This document shows, piece by piece, positions 10,339 through 20,169 of a stretch of 64,000 nt of DNA. The notes beneath the pieces are model-generated. The model worked only from the letters and a program-made list of their open reading frames with translations. It searched no databases and was not told the DNA's origin. The DNA comes from Candidatus Bathyarchaeia archaeon. Its GTDB lineage: Archaea > Thermoproteota > Bathyarchaeia > 40CM-2-53-6. Location: positions 32,001 to 96,000 of the forward strand of contig JBEKVV010000003.1 of NCBI GenBank assembly GCA_049513715.1. Reading direction: 5' to 3'. The stretch's first letter is position 1. The number at the start of each line of letters is the position of its first letter. The position numbers and the translations under genes were made by a program.

Positions 10339-10818
10339 ATGGATCGTAGATTGGTCGGCATCGTCTTGGTGGCTATTTTCCTTAGAGTCATCTCAACCGT
10401 TTTGAATGCTTGGAACCCCATCCCTCCTATCAACAACCCAATCGGGCAGCCTTCTGAGATTCCTTTGTGGTGGTCGGCCGCCAACTTTGGACTATTCGTC
10501 TTAGGGCTCGTCGTATCCGTGGTTTTGCTCTTCGGGGTCGTCTACTGGCTTAGCAGAGCTTTGGTTGCGAAGATTTCACTGATTGTGATTTCATTGGCCA
10601 TAGCTGCTGGCATCGCCGCCATCATAACGCCCTTCGTTTCGAACCTCGTTCAATTGGGCGTCTTAATTCCACAAGACCCTGCGGATCCCAGAACGCAGCT
10701 CTTCTGGCGTTTTCTTCCCCAGGCTGTGGTTTCAGGGTTTGTGAACGTGTTCCTTCTTACTCTAGGAGCAGTAGCGCTTCCTAAACTAATCAACTCGCCA
10801 GCCGCAAGAACTCCATGA
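10339..10818 (+). CDS. Four-TM membrane protein
   Basis: Hydrophobic helices; ATG 1 nt after the upstream stop. Confidence 0.7.
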   Translation: MDRRLVGIVLVAIFLRVISTVLNAWNPIPPINNPIGQPSEIPLWWSAANFGLFVLGLVVSVVLLFGVVYWLSRALVAKISLIVISLAIAAGIAAIITPFVSNLVQLGVLIPQDPADPRTQLFWRFLPQAVVSGFVNVFLLTLGAVALPKLINSPAARTP

Positions 10819-10880
10819 CTTGATGCGATCGGTCATGTGGTTGAGTAAAGGATTATTGGTTACGTAGCCCGCGTGCCACG

Positions 10881-11924
10881 TTAGGTTAGTGCCACTACTC
10901 TGATTGGATTTTCCGAGCTGTCTTCTAGTATCTTGAAACCGCTGTTGATGTCTTCAAGCCTCACTCTATGTGTGACTGACCGCGAAAGATCTAGCTTTCT
11001 GGAATGAACTAGCTTAACCAGTTGAACGAGTTCTGTTTTCAAGTGGTCGTCTACGCCTATGATTTCCATTTCTTTTCCGATTATCGTTTTGTAGGGTGAG
11101 ATTTGCATTGATTTTGCGCCTATACCCACCAGCGCGAATCTTCCTCCTTTCCCTACGCAGTCGATACCTTGGCCTATTGTTTGATTCACGCCCACGAAAT
11201 CCAAGACCACGTCAGCGAGTTTTCCATCAGTGATCCTATGGACGGCTTTTACAACGTCCTGAGTTGAAGGGTTTACAGTTTCCCTTGCTCCGACCCGTTT
11301 CGCTTCCTTTAGTTTCCGAGTAGCTAGGTCGATGCCTACTACTGTTCCGGCTTTGAAGATTTTTGCAGCCAGTTGGACAGCATGTATTCCTAAACCACCA
11401 ACCCCGAAGACTACCACGGTGTCTCCCGGCCGTACTCGTGCTCTTCTTAGGGCATGGTAGGCTGTGGGAACGGCGCAGCCCATTACAGCGCCTTGGTCGA
11501 ACGGTATCGACTCAGGTAATTTCACGATGCTTCTTGCAGGTACGCGGACGTATTCGGCGAAACCGCCATCAACGTCCTTCCCAACCATCTGATACTTGAC
11601 GCAATAATTCTCTTGGTTGGCGCTACAATGTGCGCATCTTCCACAGCTTACGATGTAATGAACCAGAACCCGATCCCCTACTCGTAGGCCTTTGACTTTT
11701 CTTCCCGTTTTCGCCACGGTTCCAGCGATCTCATGCCCCAGAGTGAGTGGCAGCTTTCCAACGGGGGCGACACCTTTTCGGTAATTGATGTCCGAGTGAC
11801 AAATCCCCGCAGCTCTCACTCGTACCAGAACATCTACCGGGAGGATAACTGGGACAGGGATACGGTCTATGATGAGCTTTCTACCAATCCGCTGCAACCT
11901 AGCTGCGTTCATCGAGTCTGACAT
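10881..11924 (-). CDS. Zinc-dependent alcohol dehydrogenase (MDR family)
   Basis: GICHSD, GHEIAG, C..C..C.......C, GVGGLG. Confidence 0.94.
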   Translation of the reverse strand: MSDSMNAARLQRIGRKLIIDRIPVPVILPVDVLVRVRAAGICHSDINYRKGVAPVGKLPLTLGHEIAGTVAKTGRKVKGLRVGDRVLVHYIVSCGRCAHCSANQENYCVKYQMVGKDVDGGFAEYVRVPARSIVKLPESIPFDQGAVMGCAVPTAYHALRRARVRPGDTVVVFGVGGLGIHAVQLAAKIFKAGTVVGIDLATRKLKEAKRVGARETVNPSTQDVVKAVHRITDGKLADVVLDFVGVNQTIGQGIDCVGKGGRFALVGIGAKSMQISPYKTIIGKEMEIIGVDDHLKTELVQLVKLVHSRKLDLSRSVTHRVRLEDINSGFKILEDSSENPIRVVALT

Positions 11925-12248
11925 GGCAACAGTGCACGTTCGTCACAATCCGCACGCTCAGTATTATCATCACTGACGAAATAACAACGACAGACATCAC
12001 TTCACTGGACCCTATAAGTAGTGAAGCCGGTGCGGCCACTCAACGAATGTAGCGTGCCCCAAACGATTCATCCAAGCTCTATAGTGTGGCCTTCTGCAGT
12101 CGGCAACGGTTTCTGCCCCTTGTGAATGATCGAATGTCACTATTACGATGATCTCCGTTAGAGATTCTCGCGTGCCTTTTTAGTTTCTGGTAAATCATTA
12201 CCCAAAACCTAAAATCCAAACGTGCGACCATATAATAGCTGAAGAGCA

Positions 12249-12542
12249 TTGGTCACAGGTGTGGTTCTTGCGGGATTATCGGTCATTGGAATCGGTGCCC
12301 TTCTGATCGTTGTTGGCCTCGTTCTATTAGTCCAGGCTATCTTGGCAGCCGAAAATAGCCTTCGCGCGCAAGCTGCAGGAGTGGAAAAGAAGGGCGTACT
12401 AGGTGATGCCGCAGACCTAGTGAAGGCACTAAATGAGTTGATAAAAACTGTAGGCGTTGCACGAGGTGTGCCCCTAGCCGTCATAATTCTTGGGTTAATC
12501 CTAATCGTGATCGGAACGGGAATGCTTGCTGCGTCTGGCTAG
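12249..12542 (+). CDS. Small two-TM membrane protein
   Basis: Two hydrophobic helices with a charged linker; start uncertain. Confidence 0.55.
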   Translation: MVTGVVLAGLSVIGIGALLIVVGLVLLVQAILAAENSLRAQAAGVEKKGVLGDAADLVKALNELIKTVGVARGVPLAVIILGLILIVIGTGMLAASG

Positions 12543-12653
12543 CAAGTATCATTGATAGTATCTTCAGTTGTAGATTTGCCGGAGTTCATTGCATAATAGG
12601 CGTCCCGTGGTGATTTTTCCTAGAGCGCCACACGCGCTGAGGCTGCAGGAATG

Positions 12654-12785
12654 TGGCGGGCCCGCGGGGATTCGAACCCCGGACCCCAGGCGTCTCCCGC
12701 TCATTGTGGTTTGAGCGTTTAGAGGGCCTGTGCTATAGACGCCCATTAACCCGTACCGGCACTATCCAGACTGAGCTACGGGCCC
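12654..12785 (-). tRNA. tRNA-Arg(UCU) with two introns (22/23: 12735-12761; 38/39: 12692-12718), CCA encoded
   Basis: Removing two 27-nt BHB-bounded inserts gives a 78-nt cloverleaf: acceptor GGGCCCG/CGGGCCC, A20, G73, anticodon stem CAGGC/GCCTG, loop CC-TCT-AA; TTTTAAG box upstream. Confidence 0.88.
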
Positions 12786-12847
12786 GACCGCCAACAGTAC
12801 AAACGATTCTTCCTTAAAACTATCGAGCGACAGGCGCTAATCCAAAA

Positions 12848-13084
12848 TCAGTACCTGAACACGTCTCTGTTATTCGCGGAGCTTCGAGGGCTATGCCGAA
12901 GTAGCAGGCCGCAGTTGGGGCACCTGAGTAAATCCTTCTGGAACGTCTCAGCGCATCTGCAACAATAAGCCACATGGTCATAATCGACTCGCTTAGGAAT
13001 TCGAACCTGACGGCGCACCGAATCTAGGATTTCTGTACGATCCGTCAGCGACTGATGTGCCAGCGTTTCTTCACTAGCTCTCAT
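12848..13084 (-). CDS. Small CPxCG zinc-finger protein
   Basis: YCCRC...RCPNCG..LR..PR. Confidence 0.7.
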   Translation of the reverse strand: MRASEETLAHQSLTDRTEILDSVRRQVRIPKRVDYDHVAYCCRCAETFQKDLLRCPNCGLLLRHSPRSSANNRDVFRY

Positions 13085-13147
13085 TTTGGTAACTTCCGTC
13101 GTGTGCGGCCCCCCATCTCACATAAAAACAGAACCTCGATTTGAAAA

Positions 13148-14380
13148 GTGGTAATTCCCAAGAGTGAAAACGGCCCCCCGCACAAATCAACCGAGCCACA
13201 ACAAGCTTCGCGCCCGCGGTTATCCTTGAAGATTGGTAAATCGAAAGCAACTTTCTCGCCACTGCTGACTATTGGGCACGCTGTGAACGATACTTACGGG
13301 AACATGCTGTCAGGTCTCTTACCAGTCCTCACCGTGGTCTTCTCCCTCTCGTACCTTCTAGCGGGTGTGGTGGCGATGGTTTACAACATTACGTCATCAA
13401 TTCTCCAACCCCTGCTGGGCCGTTGGTTCGACCGGACACAAACCACCTGGCTCCTAGAGGCGGGGTTAGTTGTGAATTGCGTCGGCATGAGCCTCGTTGG
13501 ATTATCCCCGAGCTACGTAATCCTCCTCTTCCTCATCGGAACCGCCGGCTTAGGATCCGCGGCCTTTCACCCCCCAGCATTCTCGTCTGTAATCAAATCT
13601 GGGGCCGGCTCGAAAGCCGGGGCATTGGGCATATTCCTATCAGGTGGAAACTTGGGTTTCTTCCTAGGCCCCGTTGCAGCAGGCATCCTAGTATCCTACT
13701 ACGGCCTGCCTGGAACAATGCTGCTGCTCCCAGTGGGGTTAGTGGTTGCAGTGTTGCTCCTGAAATTCCGAAAGCCGAAAGTAACCCCTGAAACCCAAGC
13801 AACTGAAGTTGGTGGGCCGGCAAACATTCGCTTAGTGGCCTTGCTCGCAGCAATCACAGCCTTCCGCACCACGACCATCTCATCAGTTTCCACGTTTCTC
13901 CCAATGTACTTCGTCACCAGAGGCGACACGCTCATCTTAGCCACGACAATCGCTTCGATCTGGTTAGGCGTAGGAATCTTAGGCCAACTTGGGGGAGGCT
14001 TCCTCTCCGACCGAATTGGAAGGCGCCCGGTGATTGCTGCATCCCTCATGCTCGGCTCACTCGCGTTCTACGGATTCCTAGCAACCAGCAGTTGGTTGTC
14101 AGCTATCCTTCTAATCGCCTCGGGCATACTCATCTACGCAAACTGGTCGGTCATCGTAGCAATGTCATCTGAGGCAGCACCCAGGCACATTGGCACCGTG
14201 TCAGGTTTCATGCTTGGGTTCTCAATAGGAGTCGGAGGCATCGCCGCTCTTGGTTTCGGGGCCGTAGCCGACCACTTCGGCCTCCACTACGCCCTGGTGT
14301 TCTTCGACGCATTCGCACTCGTGGGTGGCGCTGTGGCACTGCTGCTGCCCGCGCGAATACTCAAGACCACACCTAGCTAG
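13148..14380 (+). CDS. MFS transporter, Fsr-like
   Basis: HAVNDTY, LQPLLG..FD, GSAAFHP, GGNLGF, LSDRIGRR; true start may be downstream. Confidence 0.9.
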   Translation: MVIPKSENGPPHKSTEPQQASRPRLSLKIGKSKATFSPLLTIGHAVNDTYGNMLSGLLPVLTVVFSLSYLLAGVVAMVYNITSSILQPLLGRWFDRTQTTWLLEAGLVVNCVGMSLVGLSPSYVILLFLIGTAGLGSAAFHPPAFSSVIKSGAGSKAGALGIFLSGGNLGFFLGPVAAGILVSYYGLPGTMLLLPVGLVVAVLLLKFRKPKVTPETQATEVGGPANIRLVALLAAITAFRTTTISSVSTFLPMYFVTRGDTLILATTIASIWLGVGILGQLGGGFLSDRIGRRPVIAASLMLGSLAFYGFLATSSWLSAILLIASGILIYANWSVIVAMSSEAAPRHIGTVSGFMLGFSIGVGGIAALGFGAVADHFGLHYALVFFDAFALVGGAVALLLPARILKTTPS

Positions 14381-14387
14381 GCTCAAT

Positions 14388-17270
14388 CTATTCGACGAAT
14401 ATTGCGGCTCGGTACGGCTCAGCCATCTTCGCTCTACCTTTCGGATCGTACAGCGCAGCATCCTCCTCTCCATGCGCTTCAACTCCGATTTTCAGCTCCC
14501 TCTCGAAGAAAACTTGAGCTTCCCGCAGGGCTTTCGGCTCATCGAGCTCGCCGCCTTCCATCCTTCGCGCTCGCAAGTCTGCAGGCATAGTCCTAACTTG
14601 CTTGATGATTTTGGCGGCGAACTTCGGCAAGTCCTTTGGCGTAGGAGACTTTGCCGCGATCATCTCGCGAATCAGGCCATCCAATGTTTCAGGATGGGAC
14701 TGAGCACGTCTTAGGGCTTCAGTGTACACGCGCCACTTCCATTTCGCGGCTGTGTAGTAGTGAACCTTCTTTGGCGTAATCCTGGTTGTTGCGATGATTT
14801 CCTGAGTGTCCGCGAGCGTTGCCTCAACTAACTCCTCCAGCTGGTCAGGTTGGGGGTCGACTTTGGCTTCCTTAAAGCGAGGCCATTCAGCCTGAGCGAT
14901 GAACCCTTTTTCCCCTAACGCATGCCAAGCCTCTTCGGCGATGTGTGGTCCAAATGGTGTCAGAAGCCTAGTCCAAGCTGAGACAAACGCCTTGACTGTT
15001 GCGGAGTCGGGTTTTGTTACGCGCCGCTCATACCAACGTAAATCATTCCATAGATCATACAGTGCAACGGAGAGCGCTGTTCGGGTCTTCAGATGCTCCA
15101 TTGCTTCGGAGACGACTTTGGTTTTCGAGTTGATTCTGCCAACCAACCAGCTTTCCAAGTGGCCGTTCTTGGATTCACCCTCAGACGCTGCAGCATCCTG
15201 AACTAGGCGCAAGAACGCTTCTAGCCGGCCTTTGATGTCACGAACGTTCTCAGAGCGCCAATCAGGGTCATCCATACCCTCCGCGGCGAGTAGGCTTGTG
15301 CAGCGCACCGCATCCGCTCCACTGTCTTCGCAGGCTTTCCAGAGCGGGATGAAGTTGCCCAGCGACTTGTGAATCGCCCTGCCTTCCAGCAACATGAACC
15401 CGTTGACCCCGATGGCCTTCGGCCAAAACTTCCGCTCAAAGAGGGCCACATGGTGGAAAATGAAGAAAGTCAAATGATTTCCAACCAAGTCCTTGCCAGA
15501 GTTCCTTAGGTCAACTGGGTACCAGTAGAGGAACTCGTCCCGGATTTTCTTCAGAAGCCCCGTGCCAATCCCTGCTTGTTTCTCCAGTTGCCCGGGGTTC
15601 CCCGTTCCATAGAATATGAAATCGAAGATCTCGGGGATCAGTTGCTGCGCCTTGACTAGGCCTGCGTTGACGAACTTGCTGACCATGTAGTAGGCCATGT
15701 AGATCGTTGAATCGCTTAGAGTTTCCACGATCCAGTCAGGGCTCCATGGCAGCGGTGTGCCCAAGCCGGTCTTTCGGGCGCAAGGCCAGTCGTGCAACCA
15801 ATCGATTATTCCGTCAAACCAGCCCCTCGCTTCTTCAGGGTAGAAGGACATCTTCGAGACCGCATCATGAGCTCGCCCCTTCCACTCCGGGTCGGAGTAC
15901 TTCAGAAACCACTGGCCTTCCACAACCTTGGCAACACATTCGGTTGTGCAGCGGCAGACCACACGTTGTGGGAGTTCATACATGACGTCGGCTATGCCTT
16001 TCTTTCGATAATCGCTGACCAGGGATTGCTTAACGTCCGCAACTTTCTGCTTGGAGTAAGGTCCACAATTGTCTTTCAGAATTCCACCATGGAATTCTGC
16101 TCTGTAGATTTCTTTGGTGGCTTCGTCAGCTTTGGGATCATTCTGGTCCTTGATGTGCATGCGGTCAACAATCTCTAACGCAGGAAAGTCGCCGTAACCC
16201 TCCACTGAGATGACTGAGATGGGCTGAATTCCCGCCATGTCCTGTGGGCTAATGGAGAACTTCTCCAATGTTGACGGACTTCTCTGCACGTCCCTCAAAG
16301 CTAGCCAATCGAACGGCGCATGAGCTGGGACACTGTAAACCAACCCGGTTGCGTTCTCAGTGTTTACGAAGCTTCCGGGTAGGATTAGGAGTTGTCTGCT
16401 TTGGACGGCGTCGGTGCAGCGTTTGCCGATTAACTCAGCGCCCTTCAATTCCCGAACTACAGTGACTTGTTTCACTTGGTTCTGGAGCTTCGCGGACGCG
16501 GTCTTGCTGATGATCCACCGTTCATCGTTCACCTGCGCTTCCACATAATCGCCGTCCGGATTCACCCAGAGGTTCGTAACCCCGTAGATGGTCTCGGGCC
16601 TGAAGGTCGCGCATGGCAGGAACGTGTTGCCCATCTTGAACTTCATTAGGATGAATTCTTCAGGCCTAACACCTTCACCCTGCAACCTGTCCGCGTCACC
16701 TGTTGGGCTTTCGTCCTTTGGGCACCAGACGACTGGGTGTGTTCCTTTGATTACGTACCCTTTCTCCCGCAGCCTCAGGTACTGCCATGTGACGAACTGG
16801 TTGAACGCCGGGTTGAGTGAGCTCGTGTGGAATTCCCTGCGCCAATCAATCGACATTCCCAGCCGTTTGATGGCGTCTCGGTTGGCGTCTGTGTAGTACT
16901 TCGCCATGTAGACTGGGTCAACGAACTTCTTCAGGTCCTCCTCCGAAACTCCGTCCACTTCCCTGATGGGACGGATGAAGTCCTCGTCACCATTCTTGAT
17001 GCGTTCCGCCGCGCCCGCGACCGTTTTGCCCGTCCAATGCCAAGCCCACGGGTAGAGTACGTTGAATCCGCGCATCCGCATGTAACGCGCGTAGGCGTCG
17101 ATCCGTGCGGCTGTGAAACCGCTGCCAACATGCAGGGGGCCGCTCATGTACGCGAAAGGAAAAGTTACGAAGCATTTGGGCCGGGAGGGGTCGGGGTCGG
17201 ATTCGAATATCTTGGCTTTGGCCCATTCATTCTGCCATTTCTCATCGATCTGTTTCCAATCTAAGGGCAC
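14388..17270 (-). CDS. leuS: Leucyl-tRNA synthetase (archaeal type)
   Basis: FPFAYMSGPLHVG, TFRPET and SVPAHAPFD editing motifs, SDSTIY, SGKDL..NHL, C-terminal P.R.AI.VE. Confidence 0.95.
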   Translation of the reverse strand: MPLDWKQIDEKWQNEWAKAKIFESDPDPSRPKCFVTFPFAYMSGPLHVGSGFTAARIDAYARYMRMRGFNVLYPWAWHWTGKTVAGAAERIKNGDEDFIRPIREVDGVSEEDLKKFVDPVYMAKYYTDANRDAIKRLGMSIDWRREFHTSSLNPAFNQFVTWQYLRLREKGYVIKGTHPVVWCPKDESPTGDADRLQGEGVRPEEFILMKFKMGNTFLPCATFRPETIYGVTNLWVNPDGDYVEAQVNDERWIISKTASAKLQNQVKQVTVVRELKGAELIGKRCTDAVQSRQLLILPGSFVNTENATGLVYSVPAHAPFDWLALRDVQRSPSTLEKFSISPQDMAGIQPISVISVEGYGDFPALEIVDRMHIKDQNDPKADEATKEIYRAEFHGGILKDNCGPYSKQKVADVKQSLVSDYRKKGIADVMYELPQRVVCRCTTECVAKVVEGQWFLKYSDPEWKGRAHDAVSKMSFYPEEARGWFDGIIDWLHDWPCARKTGLGTPLPWSPDWIVETLSDSTIYMAYYMVSKFVNAGLVKAQQLIPEIFDFIFYGTGNPGQLEKQAGIGTGLLKKIRDEFLYWYPVDLRNSGKDLVGNHLTFFIFHHVALFERKFWPKAIGVNGFMLLEGRAIHKSLGNFIPLWKACEDSGADAVRCTSLLAAEGMDDPDWRSENVRDIKGRLEAFLRLVQDAAASEGESKNGHLESWLVGRINSKTKVVSEAMEHLKTRTALSVALYDLWNDLRWYERRVTKPDSATVKAFVSAWTRLLTPFGPHIAEEAWHALGEKGFIAQAEWPRFKEAKVDPQPDQLEELVEATLADTQEIIATTRITPKKVHYYTAAKWKWRVYTEALRRAQSHPETLDGLIREMIAAKSPTPKDLPKFAAKIIKQVRTMPADLRARRMEGGELDEPKALREAQVFFERELKIGVEAHGEEDAALYDPKGRAKMAEPYRAAIFVE

Positions 17271-17276
17271 GTGTGA

Positions 17277-20048
17277 TCACTTTGTTACCATCACTTTCAA
17301 CGCGGCTTCAGCGCTCTTCAACACTTCATCCGCGGCCTTCAGGTTCGTTCCTCCACCTTGGCCGAAGTATTCCTTGCCACCGCCACCGCCGCCCACAACC
17401 GCAGCCAACTTCGATGCTAGTTTCCCAGCATGTACTCCCTGCGCAATCGCATTCTTACCTGCACCCACGAAGACTCTGGCTGAGTTCTTCAACAGCAGCA
17501 GAACTGTGACAGCATTTGAATCCCTCTCGATGATTCTGTTGTTCAAGGAGACTAAGAGGAGCTCATCTTCTTCACCGCGAGTGTACTTCGCTTCGCATAA
17601 TCGCACTTTTCCGACCATCTTGGAAGAGCTAAGTAATCTTCCAGCTTCGTTCTCCGCCCACTCCGCGGCTAATCCCTCCACTCTCTTCGTTAACCTCGTC
17701 TTTTCTTCGACGAGTGATTGCACGTAGTTGCCCACTTTGTCAATTGGTGCTTCCACTGTTGTTGAGATTCCTTTGAGCGTCTTTTCCTGTTCTTGGAACG
17801 CTCGTAGAGCCTGCGTTCCCGCAGCGAATATGATTCGCTCTACGCCGTCTTGAATGCGCTCGGTGTGGAGAATTTTGATTGTGCCAATCTGACCAGTCCG
17901 GGTGCAATGGGTTCCCCCGCAGGCCTCCACATCCCAGTCTCCAATCTTGATGATCCTTAGCTCCCTGCCGGGAACAACGCCCCCTTGGTACAACTTGTAG
18001 CCATACGCTTGCTCCGCTTTCTCCCTGGGCAGCCATTGCGATTCCACGGGTATATCTTGCAATGCGACTTCTGTTGCTAATCGCTCAATCTGCCTGACTT
18101 GATCGTCTGTGAGTCGTTCGTAGTGGGATATGTCGATTCGGCTCGACTCGACTCCCTTCTGCGCTCCTGCCTGCCAAGCATGCTGGCCTAGGACTCGGCG
18201 TGCCGCACCTAGAACCAAGTGTGTTCCAGTGTGGTGGCGCATCAGGCTCACACGCCTATCCCACTCAATAGAACCGCGGACAGTATCCCCCACGTTGGGC
18301 GCCCTTCCATCCAACTGATGAACCACAACGCGGCCCGCCTTTTGTGTGTCAACAACTTTGACGGGGCCGTTGCTGGTCTCTATGGTTCCGATGTCGCCTG
18401 GTTGGCCTCCTCCCTCGGGATAGAAACACGTTTGATCCAGAACCACGAACTTGCCATCGATGACAGCCAGCACTTTTCCATGAAACTCCTTCTGGAACGG
18501 GTCCTTGTAGTACAACGGCACTGTGTCCGGTAGCCCGGCCACTTTGTCTCTCAGCTTCTGTGAGGTTTCGGTTTCCACTTCTTCGTCGGAGGCACGTTTT
18601 CCGGACAGGTGCTTCTGCGCGACCATCCCGTAGAAGTTTCCAGGCGGGTTCGCTGTGACGCCGAGCGGTTCAGCGATTTCATTCACTATATCGGGAACCA
18701 TGCCCTGCGAATCATACAGCTCTACCAGAGTCTCCGATGGAACCTCTCTCAATCCCTTAGTTTTCAGGTCGGTGGCTATCTTCTTGACTAACTCTGATCC
18801 ACGTTCCAAGGTCCTTCGGTACTTGGACTCCTCGGACTTCAACTCCTCAGCAATCTCACTTCGCATCGCCTTCAGTTGCGGGAAGTCGTCGCCCCAGTAA
18901 TCGACCTGGGAATCCAAGACCTCGAGCATCTTGTCTTCAATTCCCAGTTGCCGCAACATTCTGTACGTTCGTCGGATTAGTAGGCGCGCTAGGTATCCTT
19001 CTTCGACGTTGGATGGAACAATACCTTCGGATAACAGAAACGCTATGACTTTGGTGTGGTCGGCGACTGCCATCGCGTTTTCAATCGGCACCATGGCTTT
19101 TTCGAGGTCTCGCCAATCCATCCCGACTCTTTCAGCAACCTTCTTCCTTGCGTCAATTCTGTCACCGCCGCGCTCTAGGTTCATGAAGCTTGAGTAAGGA
19201 ACCACTTTCGCCACGAGTTTCTCATCGTACTTGACTGAGGAGAGCTTGAAGATATTGTCCAACACTGGCCCATAGATGACTTGGAACGCGCTGGGTTTAC
19301 CTTGGCTCAGCCACGCCCACCGCTCAATCCCATAACCGGTATCAACGGTCCGGATTGGCAGCTTGACCAGTCGGTCGCCGTCCACCTTGTACTGCATGAA
19401 GACTAAGGTCGAGATCTCTAGGCCGGCGGATAGGCACTCGAGGTCTGGGCCTGCGTTTCCTCCACCTGACCAGAAGTGCTCTTTGTAGGACATGCTCTCA
19501 GACCTCAGTCCGAACTCTTCCGTCGCAAGTTGGTGATGGTAGCGAATCGTTTGGTCCATCCAGTAGATTTCCTTGTCAGGATAGTTGAAAGCGTGGGCGC
19601 CACCCATTTCGAACATTAGGTCATGCCGTCCCAATGTTGGACCCACGTTGTCGATGTCCGTGAACCTTATCGATGGTTGACTGACGACAAGTGGATTGGC
19701 GGGTGGAGGAACCGAGCCCTCGGTAACCCATGGTTGGAAATCGTAAATCGACGCCCCAACTAAGAAAACGTCGTCTCGCCAACGCGCAACGACAGGGTAT
19801 GGATTGATCCTCTGATGGCCATTTCGCTCAAAGAATGAAAGGAATAGTTCCCGCATCTCCCGGACGGAGTAAGGCCGTCGAGCTGGAGGTTTGCCTATAA
19901 ATGAATACTCAACGCAGGGGCTGTCCCCACAGTACCTTTCGTCGGGCTGTTGTGACCAGAAGTATGCTTTGCAGCATTCACACTGCCTCCTAGTGAACCC
20001 GTTCTCTTTGAAGAACGGGACCGCGAATTCCTTCTCATCAATTTCCAT
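17277..20048 (-). CDS. alaS: Alanyl-tRNA synthetase (full-length archaeal type)
   Basis: YPVVARWRDD, ASIYDFQP, DTGYGIER, HTGTH and ACGGTH editing motifs, GGGGG C-Ala domain. Confidence 0.97.
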   Translation of the reverse strand: MEIDEKEFAVPFFKENGFTRRQCECCKAYFWSQQPDERYCGDSPCVEYSFIGKPPARRPYSVREMRELFLSFFERNGHQRINPYPVVARWRDDVFLVGASIYDFQPWVTEGSVPPPANPLVVSQPSIRFTDIDNVGPTLGRHDLMFEMGGAHAFNYPDKEIYWMDQTIRYHHQLATEEFGLRSESMSYKEHFWSGGGNAGPDLECLSAGLEISTLVFMQYKVDGDRLVKLPIRTVDTGYGIERWAWLSQGKPSAFQVIYGPVLDNIFKLSSVKYDEKLVAKVVPYSSFMNLERGGDRIDARKKVAERVGMDWRDLEKAMVPIENAMAVADHTKVIAFLLSEGIVPSNVEEGYLARLLIRRTYRMLRQLGIEDKMLEVLDSQVDYWGDDFPQLKAMRSEIAEELKSEESKYRRTLERGSELVKKIATDLKTKGLREVPSETLVELYDSQGMVPDIVNEIAEPLGVTANPPGNFYGMVAQKHLSGKRASDEEVETETSQKLRDKVAGLPDTVPLYYKDPFQKEFHGKVLAVIDGKFVVLDQTCFYPEGGGQPGDIGTIETSNGPVKVVDTQKAGRVVVHQLDGRAPNVGDTVRGSIEWDRRVSLMRHHTGTHLVLGAARRVLGQHAWQAGAQKGVESSRIDISHYERLTDDQVRQIERLATEVALQDIPVESQWLPREKAEQAYGYKLYQGGVVPGRELRIIKIGDWDVEACGGTHCTRTGQIGTIKILHTERIQDGVERIIFAAGTQALRAFQEQEKTLKGISTTVEAPIDKVGNYVQSLVEEKTRLTKRVEGLAAEWAENEAGRLLSSSKMVGKVRLCEAKYTRGEEDELLLVSLNNRIIERDSNAVTVLLLLKNSARVFVGAGKNAIAQGVHAGKLASKLAAVVGGGGGGKEYFGQGGGTNLKAADEVLKSAEAALKVMVTK

Positions 20049-20135
20049 TAGCTCTTGTTCCTCCAGCCGACAGAGCAGAACGAAGCAGACTAACTAGAAA
20101 GCTATTTGCCCGCTCCCTCTGTCAGCGAGGTGCGA
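20049..20135 (-). promoter_or_regulatory. Candidate translational attenuator of alaS-leuS (alternative hairpins over the GGAGG Shine-Dalgarno)
   Basis: mRNA segment GCUGACAGAG (20117-20126) pairs 10 bp with CUCUGUCGGC (20066-20075); the overlapping GUUC-UG-CUCU can instead pair with GGAG-GAAC containing the SD (20060-20064). Confidence 0.6.
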
Positions 20136-20169
20136 GCGCAAGGGCCTGAAGCAGAAGCAGATTCAACAT
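20122..20169 (-). CDS. Leu/Ala-rich leader peptide MLNLLLLQALALAPR
   Basis: 7 Leu and 3 Ala among 14 non-start codons; stop lies 73 nt upstream of the alaS ATG. Confidence 0.65.
   Translation of the reverse strand: MLNLLLLQALALAPR

Noticed and set aside
12719..12730. Reading the first tRNA as an amber (CUA) suppressor or tRNA-Pyl from CT-CTA-A
   Set aside because: That register needs a GGCCT 3' stem that is absent; BHB geometry, A20 and G73 support Arg(UCU).
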